Of a stretch of DNA of 64,000 nt, positions 40,492-49,671 are shown piece by piece. Position numbers and translations under genes: made by a program. The notes beneath the pieces are model-generated. The model ran no database searches, was not told the origin of the DNA, and worked only from the letters and a program-made list of their open reading frames with translations. The DNA is from Promethearchaeota archaeon (GTDB taxonomy: Archaea > Asgardarchaeota > Thorarchaeia > Thorarchaeales > Thorarchaeaceae): the NCBI GenBank assembly GCA_014728035.1, contig WJMJ01000131.1, positions 32,001 to 96,000 of the forward strand, in the 5' to 3' direction. The first letter of the stretch is position 1. The number at the start of each line of letters is the position of its first letter.

Positions 40492-40956
40492 CTACTCCTG
40501 ATCTTCAGGAAATGGTTGTTCGTTCCAAACTCTCAATGCTTCATACCAAAGAACGACATCCATAGAAATCAGGAGGAGTAGCAGGATAATTGAATACCAA
40601 TCAAGAAATATCCATAGCATTGTTGATAGTGCAGCTGTGACGGAGGTATAAAATGTCGCATATGTCAAATATCGAGGAACCATCATTCTCCCACGTCCAA
40701 CAAAGAGTTTCAACACTCCTACACGCACATCTCTCTTGATTGTATATTGTCCATGAACATCTTTATCCACAAGGCCTATTTCTTTGAGTTTCTCAAGATG
40801 GTGCATAGACAGAGATGGACTTGAGAGGTCAGTACCCCGTTGTATCTCACGGGCGGTCATTGGTTCAGGATGTCGCAACATGTACCAATATACACGGAGG
40901 GTCTTGCCTTTCAGTTGTTTTGCCAATTCGTCTTCTGAAAGATTCTCATCCGGCAA
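40492..40956 (-). CDS. ArsR-like wHTH regulator with two C-terminal TM helices
   Basis: LKGKTLRVYWY, REIQRGTDLSSPSLSMHHLEKL..GLV.K..G.Y, then two hydrophobic helices. Confidence 0.82.
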   Translation of the reverse strand: MPDENLSEDELAKQLKGKTLRVYWYMLRHPEPMTAREIQRGTDLSSPSLSMHHLEKLKEIGLVDKDVHGQYTIKRDVRVGVLKLFVGRGRMMVPRYLTYATFYTSVTAALSTMLWIFLDWYSIILLLLLISMDVVLWYEALRVWNEQPFPEDQE

Positions 40957-41163
40957 AGTCTAGACTTCCTCACTGATAGTCAATCTATTAAGAGACAGAC
41001 TCTTAACTGTGACTCTTTTGTACCTATCACATTGTCCCCCAAGGTAAGGGTTAAGTAGGTGCTTTGTTCGCACCTAATCAAGGCAAACTGAGTATGTCTC
41101 AGCAAACCCCCAAAATACAATCAGGCACACTAAGCATTGTACCCGGGAAAGGAGAAGCCATCG

Positions 41164-41502
41164 ATGTCAGCTGTACGCAAGCCAATAACACCTAAGCCGG
41201 CAAGAAAGCGAGAGAAAGTGCTAGTAATTTTGCAAGAGCAATGTAAACAATGTGGACTCTGTATTGAATTCTGTCCGAAGAATGTACTATGTCTTACAGA
41301 TATTTACAATCGCAAGGGATATCATCCTGTCACAGCATGCGACATAGATGCCTGCGTAAATTGTGAGTTCTGTGAGAGAATTTGTCCAGATATGGCAATA
41401 TTTCTAGCAGACCGAGAAGAAGCAAAGGAAGCTTACGAAAAGGGTGCCCTTCAAGAAGGTACGGTGATTCCAGAATTCGAAGCTGAAAAGGAGGAGAAAT
41501 AA
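41164..41502 (+). CDS. korD: 2-oxoacid:ferredoxin oxidoreductase delta subunit (2x4Fe-4S)
   Basis: CKQCGLCIEFCP..NRKGYHP..CVNCEFCERICPDMAI. Start refined to the ATG at 41164. Confidence 0.88.
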   Translation: MSAVRKPITPKPARKREKVLVILQEQCKQCGLCIEFCPKNVLCLTDIYNRKGYHPVTACDIDACVNCEFCERICPDMAIFLADREEAKEAYEKGALQEGTVIPEFEAEKEEK

Positions 41503-42638
41503 TGCCTGAAAAAATCATGTTTACCATGGGAGATATTGCTTGTGCAGAAGGAGCTCTTGCTGCAGGCTGTAAATATTTTGGCGGCTACCCAATTACTCCC
41601 GCAACTGAAATTGCTGAGTGGATGGCGCTAAAAATGCCAGAATATGGAGGAGCATATGTTCAATATGAAGATGAGATTGCCTCTATTACGAGCGTTATCG
41701 GTGCTTCATGGACTGGAACAAAATCAATGACAGCAACCTCCGGTCCTGGAGTGAGTCTTATGCTGGAAGCAATTGGTCTTGCAGTAATGACTGAAACACC
41801 ACTTGTTCTAGTAAATATCATGAGAGGTGGGCCCAGTACCGGGCAGCCAACTCGAGGGCAACAGGGAGACATCATGCAAGCCAAATGGGGTAGTCATGGG
41901 GACTATCAGATCATTGCCTTGACACCTGCCTCAGTACAGGAAATGTTTGACCAGACTGTTCAAGCATTCAATCTGGCAGAGAAATATCGCACTCCAGTAT
42001 TTGTCCTTGCTGATGAAACTGTTGGCCACATGCGGGAAAAACTTGTAATTCCAGACCCGAAAGATTTGAAACTAGTAACAAGAAAACAACCAACTGGAGA
42101 TCCCACAGATTATTTGCCATTCAAAGCAGATGATGATTTAGTACCACCTATGGCACTTCTCGGGTCTAAGTATCAGTTCTATGCAACCGGCTTGACTCAC
42201 GATGAGAGAGGATACCCCAGTGACAAGGAACACATTCAAATCGAACTCGTTACCAGACTGCAAGATAAAATTCTCAAGAATGCAGACGACATCATTGACC
42301 TTGAGAAATTCATGTTAGACGATGCCAAAATTGCAGTAATTGCATACGGTACTCCTTCACGAAGTGCAAAGAAAGCAATCAAAGATGCAAGAAAGAAAGG
42401 AATCAAGGTCGGTTTACTTCGTCTTAAGACCGTCTGGCCATTTCCAGAGGAAATCGTCGCAGACTTAGCATCAGAAGTCAAACACATCATCGTGCCTGAA
42501 CAAAACTTGGGTCAAGTGTTCCACATGGTGCGTTCTGCTGCAGCACCAACACCAGTACATCTGATGTCTAAACCTGCAGGGATGCCACAACTGCCACACG
42601 AGATTCTGGAAAAAATCAAAGAGATAGACTCGATTTAG
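41502..42638 (+). CDS. korA: 2-oxoacid:ferredoxin oxidoreductase alpha subunit
   Basis: GYPITPATEI, EDEIAS, TATSGPG and RGGPSTGQPT motifs. Confidence 0.94.
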   Translation: MPEKIMFTMGDIACAEGALAAGCKYFGGYPITPATEIAEWMALKMPEYGGAYVQYEDEIASITSVIGASWTGTKSMTATSGPGVSLMLEAIGLAVMTETPLVLVNIMRGGPSTGQPTRGQQGDIMQAKWGSHGDYQIIALTPASVQEMFDQTVQAFNLAEKYRTPVFVLADETVGHMREKLVIPDPKDLKLVTRKQPTGDPTDYLPFKADDDLVPPMALLGSKYQFYATGLTHDERGYPSDKEHIQIELVTRLQDKILKNADDIIDLEKFMLDDAKIAVIAYGTPSRSAKKAIKDARKKGIKVGLLRLKTVWPFPEEIVADLASEVKHIIVPEQNLGQVFHMVRSAAAPTPVHLMSKPAGMPQLPHEILEKIKEIDSI

Positions 42639-42645
42639 TACTTGG

Positions 42646-42672
42646 AAGGACCGAGATAATCGGTCCTTTTTT
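42646..42672 (+). terminator. Hairpin plus T-tract after korA
   Basis: AAGGACCGA-GATAA-TCGGTCCTT-TTTT. Confidence 0.75.
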
Positions 42673-42725
42673 GACTTCTTTTACGAACTATTTATGTCAA
42701 GTTAATGAGAGCTGTTTTGGACCAT

Positions 42726-43397
42726 TCACCGTTTCCCTTTGACTTTAGCAATGATGAGAATAACAGCACCAACCTCTACACCAATAACTATAGCAGAAAC
42801 TACAATCACGGGGTCAAAAGCGTTTCCACGAGAAACCTGAAGAAATAGTACCTCTGAGTTATCAGAACTATCGGTGATGATATACTCGAAAAGAGTATTT
42901 GCTCCATCTTCTTTTGAAAACACGAATATGGAATTATAGCGGTAGTTAGCTATCCAGCTCTGTTGTTCTACTCCCCATGTCCCTGCATCTTGGAAATAAG
43001 TGGTATCTTGTATGTCATATTCTTCAAAAATCGACTGAATATGAGTCCAATTTCCTACCGGCACAGCTGAAAACAATGGCGAAACGCTCAAAGATTGAAA
43101 TGAAGAGCCATTTTGAAAATAGATTTGAGCGCTAATAATTGGGAAATAGCTAGATGTCATGTCATTGGGAATGTTAGGAACATCCTCAAAAACCGCATAA
43201 AGATCAATTTCTAGTGATTGAGGGATATTTCTGCCAATAAACTGTCCTCCAGGATTCCGAATAATTAGATGGAATTCATAGCGAGTATTTTCTTCAATGC
43301 CCCATTCGATTCCCTGAAGGTTCTGAGCGCTACCGAAGATAGGAGCATAACTAAGAACTAGAAGAAAAAGCACCACTAAGATTTTTTGTCGGGTCAT
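42726..43397 (-). CDS. Secreted membrane-anchored hypothetical protein between korA and korB
   Basis: Signal peptide, WGIEE..Y and PVGNWT motifs, and a C-terminal TM with basic tail. Start refined to 43397. Confidence 0.75.
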   Translation of the reverse strand: MTRQKILVVLFLLVLSYAPIFGSAQNLQGIEWGIEENTRYEFHLIIRNPGGQFIGRNIPQSLEIDLYAVFEDVPNIPNDMTSSYFPIISAQIYFQNGSSFQSLSVSPLFSAVPVGNWTHIQSIFEEYDIQDTTYFQDAGTWGVEQQSWIANYRYNSIFVFSKEDGANTLFEYIITDSSDNSEVLFLQVSRGNAFDPVIVVSAIVIGVEVGAVILIIAKVKGKR

Positions 43398-43604
43398 AGC
43401 TCCTTCACTCAACCTTGACCAATAGCAATCGAACAAAATAACTCTTTTCACAAAATCCATTTGAACCGTATATTATGCCATGAAAGACTACCATCTGTTA
43501 CTCGTAGGATATCAAAGGGAGAGCATTCCTGAACTCGCCACATCAACAAGCCTTTTATCCATCTAATTCTCTCGAAACTTGTCCTCGAACATGAGGGATT
43601 GCCA

Positions 43605-44447
43605 ATGACTGAAACAGCCCCCGTCTTAAAACATCCCATGGCGAAATACATCCGAGAAGACCGCCAACCATGGATCTATTGTCCTGGTTGCTCTATCGGA
43701 ATTGCTACCAACATGATTGCTCGTGCCATCGATAATTTGGGCCTCGACATGAACAATGTCGTTGTTGTATCCGGTATCGGATGCACTGGCCGGGTCTCAG
43801 GTTATTTCAAGACTGGCACCTACCACACCACTCACGGTAGGGCTATCGCCTTCGCGGAAGGCGTGAAAGTTGCCAATCCTGACCTTGAAGTTATTGTTGT
43901 TTCCGGTGATGGCGACCTTGCCGCTATTGGCGGTAACCATCTCATTCATGCCTGTAGACGGAATATTGATATTACAGTCGTATGCCTGAACAACTTCAAT
44001 TATGGCATGACAGGAGGCCAGTTTGGACCCACAACCGAACACGAAAGGTATTCCCAGACAAGTCCGAGACCGATAGGGAACGTAGAACACCCATTCAACT
44101 TGGTGAAATTAGCAGCCTCATCAGGAGCAACCTTTGTAGCAAGATGGACAGCGATACAAGCTCGAAGGGCAACAAGGTCAATTCAGAAAGGAATCGCAAA
44201 AGAAGGATTTTCATTTATTGAGATAATAGGAGCTTGTCCAACTGCGTATGGAAGAATGAATCGGCTCGGAGATGGTGTTGGAATGCATAAGCATCTATTG
44301 GAGGTAGCTGAGATCCAAAATGGATTGCCGCCGCATGAAGCCGAGCTGATATACGATACGAGAATAGTGTGTGGCGAGTTTGTAGATATTGTAAAGCCTG
44401 AATACACTAGGGTTTTGAGAGAAAAAACATCAAAGATGAGGGGGTAA
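43605..44447 (+). CDS. korB: 2-oxoacid:ferredoxin oxidoreductase beta subunit (TPP-binding)
   Basis: YCPGC, SGIGC, HGRA, GDGD..IGGNH and NNFNYGMTGGQ motifs. Confidence 0.94.
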   Translation: MTETAPVLKHPMAKYIREDRQPWIYCPGCSIGIATNMIARAIDNLGLDMNNVVVVSGIGCTGRVSGYFKTGTYHTTHGRAIAFAEGVKVANPDLEVIVVSGDGDLAAIGGNHLIHACRRNIDITVVCLNNFNYGMTGGQFGPTTEHERYSQTSPRPIGNVEHPFNLVKLAASSGATFVARWTAIQARRATRSIQKGIAKEGFSFIEIIGACPTAYGRMNRLGDGVGMHKHLLEVAEIQNGLPPHEAELIYDTRIVCGEFVDIVKPEYTRVLREKTSKMRG

Positions 44448-44451
44448 AAAG

Positions 44452-45003
44452 ATGGGACGATTTGAAGTAAGAATTGGTGGATTTGGTGGACAAGGAGTAG
44501 TCACCATGGCAGTTGTCATGGGAGAAACCCTATCATTGCATGATAACAAGTTTTGTGTGCAGACACAGTCGTATGGACCTGAAGCGCGAGGAGGAGCCAG
44601 TAAGAGTGAGGTGGTCATCTCGGATGAAGAGATCGACTATCCAAAAGTACAAGAGCCCGATGTATTCATCGCGATGAGCCGAGCTGCATACTTGGAATAC
44701 ATAGATGGACTGAAAGAGGACGGCATTCTGATTATTGACCAAGACCTTGTAGACGTAGAGGGAAATCTCCCGGATGGTGTGACGGTGTACAAAGTGCCAG
44801 CGACAAGAATAGCAGATAAAGAAGTTGGAACAAAACTAGCGACCAACGTCGTGATGCTGGGGGCATTTGCCGCAATCACCGGCCAGATTTCTGTCGAGGG
44901 TCTTAAGGCACAGGTTGAAGACCGGTGGCCACGTTTTGCCAAGACAAACCTACTGGCTCTAGAACTTGGTATGAAGGCTGGCGAAAAGGCAAAATCTACA
45001 TAA
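44452..45003 (+). CDS. korC: 2-oxoacid:ferredoxin oxidoreductase gamma subunit
   Basis: GFGGQG, QSYGPEARGG and NVVMLGA motifs. Confidence 0.93.
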   Translation: MGRFEVRIGGFGGQGVVTMAVVMGETLSLHDNKFCVQTQSYGPEARGGASKSEVVISDEEIDYPKVQEPDVFIAMSRAAYLEYIDGLKEDGILIIDQDLVDVEGNLPDGVTVYKVPATRIADKEVGTKLATNVVMLGAFAAITGQISVEGLKAQVEDRWPRFAKTNLLALELGMKAGEKAKST

Positions 45004-45012
45004 TTTTATTTG

Positions 45013-45034
45013 GCCCTTCGAAACAGAGAAGGGC
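45013..45034 (+). terminator. Hairpin after the kor gamma gene
   Basis: GCCCTTC-N8-GAAGGGC just past the stop codon. Confidence 0.55.
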
Positions 45035-45294
45035 ACAAGGTATTTTACCTCAGATATGGCCTGTAATTGTAGTAAGCTTTTTGCTTGGTTTGTATTAGAT
45101 TTCACGCGCTCATTCATTCTGGGCAGTATGTTAAATATCATCTTGAATTCAAGTATTCTTCTCGCAGTGCTACCACCTATTTTGGCAAACCGAGAAGAGT
45201 TATTCAAAAAGATTGAGTAGCTGAGATAGGTTTGAATGGTCTCTATTACGCTAGGACGAAAAAGAGGTACAATCAATAAAAAATAGAATATGGA

Positions 45295-45321
45295 GTCGGG
45301 GGAACGTTTTCGATCCCCGAC
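45295..45321 (-). terminator. Hairpin terminator of the group 4 hydrogenase operon
   Basis: GTCGGGG...CCCCGAC stem; T-rich run follows on the minus strand. Confidence 0.65.
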
Positions 45322-45328
45322 AAAGATA

Positions 45329-45700
45329 CTAGTAAATGACCATGTCATCTCGACTGAGATATGCCATTTCAAACTCTGCGGAGAGCTCCAATACATCTCG
45401 AGGACAAGATTCAACACATTGGCCACACAGAAGACATCTATCAAAATGGCAGATTGGTCGAAAGCCAGTTTTTGTTTCGAAATCTTCTGGTCTGCACTCA
45501 ATCATTTCGATTGCATTGCTTGGACAAACACGGTCACAAATCTTGCAACCCGTGCAATTCTCTGGAACCTTATAGACCCAACGCCCACGAAGCCCATCTG
45601 GAACATTCAATCCTTCTTTTGTGAAAGGATAGATGACGGTAGCTTGTTTGGAACGTGCACTCTTCAAGAGTTCTCTTTCCATTTTTCCTAAACGTGTCAT
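45329..45700 (-). CDS. NuoI/HycF-like 2x4Fe-4S subunit
   Basis: ATVIYPF, RG, CTGCKICDRVCP and CLLCGQCVESCP motifs. Confidence 0.9.
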   Translation of the reverse strand: MTRLGKMERELLKSARSKQATVIYPFTKEGLNVPDGLRGRWVYKVPENCTGCKICDRVCPSNAIEMIECRPEDFETKTGFRPICHFDRCLLCGQCVESCPRDVLELSAEFEMAYLSRDDMVIY

Positions 45701-45703
45701 TTT

Positions 45704-46804
45704 CTATACAACTCCTATTGCTGGAAATACTAGACTCAGAACAACCTGAATCAACAACATATTCAATAGCGCAATTGGGACCATGACCTTCCATCCTGCC
45801 CGAACGATTTGGTCGATACGCCAGCGAGCAAATAGAGTTCTCATGTTTGCAAGAATGAGTACAATAAGAGCACTCTTGAACACAAATACTAGAGTGTAGT
45901 AAAGTGCTCCAAACCAATTGCCTGCCATAAATGCTCCAAAATCTTGAAAGATGGGTAGAGGAATCAACTCTAGTAAAAAGGGACCGCCAAGAAACATTGT
46001 GGTTGCCATTCCAGCTCCAAACACAAGGAGAATATCTTCAGCCATGTGAATCATTGCTAGCTTTTTACCACTGTATTCAACTTGCCAACCATGTACAATT
46101 TCAGTTTCAGCATGACTTACGTCAAAAGGAATCCTTTCCAACTCAGCTTGAAGGGATATGAGATAGACCACAAAGGGGATAATTAGCAGCCAGCCATATG
46201 CCAGTGAAAGCCCAGAGGCTCCGCCAGTACCCAACATAGTATTCATTATGGTCGATATACTAAGACTTCCAGTTAGAATTGCGGGAGTGATCAATGCAAG
46301 GATTAGAGGAATCTCAAAACTAATGAGAAGCATCCCTGTTCGAGCAGATCCAGTCTGCCCATAGGGACTTGATGAGAAGTATCCACCAAGTACAATAAGA
46401 ATCGCAATCAAAGTGGAGATAAACAGTACTATCAACAAGTCGCCCTCAAAACTAAGTATGCCTTGTACACCTGGTGCAGGATTGAGATCTACAATTGGCA
46501 AAAACATGCAGAGGATTATGCTGAAAATCAGCATTAAAACAGGGACTGCTGCAAAACTCTTCTTATCAGCACGCTTTGGAGTCAAGTCCTCCTTTCCTAA
46601 CAATTTCAAAAAGTCTGCAAGAGGTTGTAGAATCCCACGCCAGCCAGTATGAAGGGGACCCATACGATTCTGTAATCTTGCATAGACCTTTCTATCCATC
46701 CATTCCCAAAGTAAAGCTAAGAATGTGATGAAGAAAATTCCAGGGAATATCAGAATCCAGAAAACAGGATATACCAATTCAACAAGTAAATCAAGCTGCA
46801 TCAT
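45704..46804 (-). CDS. NuoH/HycD-like membrane subunit
   Basis: DRKVYARLQNRMGP, QPLADFLKLLGKE, RIPFD..AETEI..G..VEYSG and RWRIDQ motifs. Start overlaps the upstream stop (ATGA). Confidence 0.92.
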   Translation of the reverse strand: MMQLDLLVELVYPVFWILIFPGIFFITFLALLWEWMDRKVYARLQNRMGPLHTGWRGILQPLADFLKLLGKEDLTPKRADKKSFAAVPVLMLIFSIILCMFLPIVDLNPAPGVQGILSFEGDLLIVLFISTLIAILIVLGGYFSSSPYGQTGSARTGMLLISFEIPLILALITPAILTGSLSISTIMNTMLGTGGASGLSLAYGWLLIIPFVVYLISLQAELERIPFDVSHAETEIVHGWQVEYSGKKLAMIHMAEDILLVFGAGMATTMFLGGPFLLELIPLPIFQDFGAFMAGNWFGALYYTLVFVFKSALIVLILANMRTLFARWRIDQIVRAGWKVMVPIALLNMLLIQVVLSLVFPAIGVV

Positions 46805-48033
46805 GCAATCCTCCTTGGGTTTGCTGCATGCCACTTATTGGCTCGAATTCGGAATTCATCAAGAGTAATCAATTCCATAGATTCGTCTGCAGAGTCTACT
46901 AACGTAACACGATCAGTACAACTGAAACAAGGATCGATTGCTGCAAGTGTTATTGGCGCGTCGGCAATGTAACCACCACGAAGAGTATGAGCCATACTAA
47001 CCCAATTTGCATGTGTGGGGGCTCGAACCTTCAGACGGTCAGGTTTGGTAGTTCCATTTGTAACCAGATAGTGAATGACTTCTCCACGTGGTGCTTCATA
47101 TCTCGCAAGAACCTCATTGGGTTGAATGCGAGGTCTAACACGTTCACGAATGGGACCATCAGGTAAATTGTTTAGAAGCCAACGGCACATTTCAATGGAT
47201 TGAATTGTTTCGAGAACACGTACTATTGCACGCCCCGCAATATCGCATCGATCGGAGAGAATCATCTCAAATTCACCACTATCTCTAAGATGAACGTATG
47301 CCATTGTTGGGTCGTTGAATCGAACATCAACAGGAACATTACTACCCCGAGCAGTGGGACCCACAGCAGATGTCTTTTTAGCTATATCTGTTGGAAGTAT
47401 TCCAACACCATTAATACGATCCCAGAATGTCTTTTCGTAGATTGCAACATCTCTATAATATTCCATTCGCTCTTCAAGATGATCCAGACCCTTCAAAAGT
47501 CTCAGCTTCAACTCATCTGAAACATCCCTACGAACCCCACCAACTGTATTCATAGCATAATTTACTCGATTTCCACTAAGGTCTTCAAGCATGTCCATAA
47601 CAACTTCTCGGTCTCGCCAAGTGTACATGAAAGCAGTATCAAAACCTACCTCATGGAATGCTACACCTAACCAGAGAATGTGTGAATGAATACGTTCAAG
47701 TTCCCATGTTAGAGTCCTGATGAACTTGGCTCGATCGGAGATGTCAACTTCAGCAGCAAACTCGGAGGCTTGAGCAAAATTGCCATTATGAGTTGCTGAA
47801 CAAATACCACAAATACGTTCAACTAAATAGAGAATCTGTGTGAAGGTTTTCTGTTCTGTTAATTTTTCGATTCCTCGATGATTGTATCCAATATTGACCT
47901 CGGCGTCAATTATTCGTTCCCCTTCAACAGTAAGCTTGAACATGCCTGGCTCTTTTAGAGCTGGATGTTGGGGACCAATCGGGATGGATACACGGGGAGG
48001 AGTAATTGTTTTTCTATCATCAGATGAAGTCAT
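46801..48033 (-). CDS. Group 4 [NiFe] hydrogenase large subunit (NuoD-like)
   Basis: GPQHP, HRGIEK, L1 ERICGIC, EAPRGE and L2 DPCFSCTDR plus a C-terminal extension. Start refined to 48033. Confidence 0.92.
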   Translation of the reverse strand: MTSSDDRKTITPPRVSIPIGPQHPALKEPGMFKLTVEGERIIDAEVNIGYNHRGIEKLTEQKTFTQILYLVERICGICSATHNGNFAQASEFAAEVDISDRAKFIRTLTWELERIHSHILWLGVAFHEVGFDTAFMYTWRDREVVMDMLEDLSGNRVNYAMNTVGGVRRDVSDELKLRLLKGLDHLEERMEYYRDVAIYEKTFWDRINGVGILPTDIAKKTSAVGPTARGSNVPVDVRFNDPTMAYVHLRDSGEFEMILSDRCDIAGRAIVRVLETIQSIEMCRWLLNNLPDGPIRERVRPRIQPNEVLARYEAPRGEVIHYLVTNGTTKPDRLKVRAPTHANWVSMAHTLRGGYIADAPITLAAIDPCFSCTDRVTLVDSADESMELITLDEFRIRANKWHAANPRRIA

Positions 48034-48034
48034 T

Positions 48035-48595
48035 TTATAGTTCCTCCTTTGGTTTTGGGCCGGTGGTCTTCGATCGTTCCATGAGCCCTCGTGGGTCTTC
48101 CCAGTCTTTTCGTAGTGGGAACTCATTCTCAGGCCAATTTTCAGGTAATTCACATCTTCTCGGATTAGGATGTCCAACTGGAACGATACCATATAATTCT
48201 CTAATCTCATTCTCAACAAATTCAGCCGCTGGAACGAGGTCAGTTATAGATGGATATTCGGGATGTTCTCGAGAAACATTGAGTTTGAATGTAATTGCTA
48301 TCTTTCTGTCATTTAGGAAGAAGTGATAACATGCCTGTAACTCATCTCCAAGGTCACGACCAGATAAAGTCGATAATTGCCACATATCATATTCATCTAA
48401 CATGTACTGAACAACATCGCGAATATTTTCAGTCTTGACTTGTAGAAATAGTCTGCGAGGTTGAACATGCACATAAGATTCAGAAGGTATTACATAATCT
48501 GATAGCTCCTGAAGAAGACTATCAAAGAGGGCATATTCTTCTTGGTATCCAGACTCTCGTGGAGCTGGTCTCATTTCTTTTTCTGCATCACTCAT
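48035..48595 (-). CDS. NuoC-like 30-kDa subunit
   Basis: PSIT..PAAEFVENEIRELYG...GHPNPRR and FPLRKD motifs. Confidence 0.9.
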   Translation of the reverse strand: MSDAEKEMRPAPRESGYQEEYALFDSLLQELSDYVIPSESYVHVQPRRLFLQVKTENIRDVVQYMLDEYDMWQLSTLSGRDLGDELQACYHFFLNDRKIAITFKLNVSREHPEYPSITDLVPAAEFVENEIRELYGIVPVGHPNPRRCELPENWPENEFPLRKDWEDPRGLMERSKTTGPKPKEEL

Positions 48596-49107
48596 ACTTC
48601 AACGACCTCCTCAGCTTTTGCTTCAACTGGCTTGGGTACTTCTGCTATCTCTTTCTTTGGAGGAGCTACACCCAATGTTTCCGCTAAAATCTCAAGTAGT
48701 TTATACGCTCCAAATGTAATTGCGGATGGTTTTGGTGGGCAACCAGGAATATATGCGGTTACCGGAATTGCTTGGTCAACGCCACCTAGTACATTATATC
48801 CGCCTCGAAACACTCCACCGCTACAAGCACAGGACCCGATAGCTACCACAAACTTGGGTTCTGCCATCTGTTCATAGATTCTTTGAAGTCGTTCTTTGAT
48901 CTGCTCAGTAACAGGGCCCGTAACAAGCATGATGTCAGCATGTCGGGGACTGCCTACGAGCTTCATTCCAAATCGCTCAATGTCAATTCTTGGCATAAGT
49001 GCAGCCACTATCTCTATGTCACATCCATTGCAACTTCCACTGTTGAAATGAAAAACATAAGGTGACTTCAACCGCGCCTTGTTAATTAATCGTTTAAGAA
49101 ATCCCAT
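48592..49107 (-). CDS. Group 4 hydrogenase small subunit (NuoB-like)
   Basis: GSCNGCDIE, SPRHAD, GSCACSGG and PGCPP motifs. Confidence 0.93.
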   Translation of the reverse strand: MGFLKRLINKARLKSPYVFHFNSGSCNGCDIEIVAALMPRIDIERFGMKLVGSPRHADIMLVTGPVTEQIKERLQRIYEQMAEPKFVVAIGSCACSGGVFRGGYNVLGGVDQAIPVTAYIPGCPPKPSAITFGAYKLLEILAETLGVAPPKKEIAEVPKPVEAKAEEVVEV

Positions 49108-49119
49108 TGTTCATACCTC

Positions 49120-49461
49120 CTAATCCATGCTCCCTGGAGCCACTGACAGATATGCAGCCGCAACAAGCGTAATGGCAAGATACCCTATGATAACGATGCC
49201 CGTGTTGGCCCATGCAATAAATAGCATGAAACCAATAATATCGAATAACATAAAGTACAGAGCAAAATTGAACAATTCGAGATTGAATTGTACTTTGCCG
49301 CCTAAGAACGCAGGTTCGCCGCAAGCATAAGCGTCAACTGCCGGTCCAGAGGTTCGGGCTTTTGGAGCAACAGCTCTACCAAGGAGGGCAATGACTCCTG
49401 CAAAAAGCAGGCTTAGTACGATTACTAATGTAAATGAAATTATGATGTCCATTTGGGCCAC
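49120..49461 (-). CDS. NuoA-like membrane subunit
   Basis: Three TM segments; YACGE loop and FALYFMLFD. Confidence 0.85.
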   Translation of the reverse strand: MAQMDIIISFTLVIVLSLLFAGVIALLGRAVAPKARTSGPAVDAYACGEPAFLGGKVQFNLELFNFALYFMLFDIIGFMLFIAWANTGIVIIGYLAITLVAAAYLSVAPGSMD

Positions 49462-49671
49462 CTATACACCTGCAGATATCAAGTTCGAGCCCTTCAAGGT
49501 CCACTAATAGCCTTAATGGTTGCACACTAATTTCTTAGAGTATGCATCCCATAATAAGGACAAATAATGGGCTCATTTGGGTAGACTTGAGTACTTTGGT
49601 TCAAGTTCACGTTAAAGTATTGTAGAACTCTAATGAACTCTGGTATATCGGACATGATTTTTTTCTGCCGC

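Noticed and set aside
45295-45321. Hairpin with a GAA/A internal loop resembling an archaeal SECIS
   Set aside because: No adjacent gene has an in-frame UGA. Its position and the T-run fit a terminator of the minus-strand operon.
46801-48219. Long N-terminal extensions and overlaps in the ORF track (hydrogenase large subunit, NuoH-like, psmA, NikR-like, hdrA-mvhD)
   Set aside because: These come from taking the most upstream start codon. Downstream starts with an RBS or stop-start coupling fit better.
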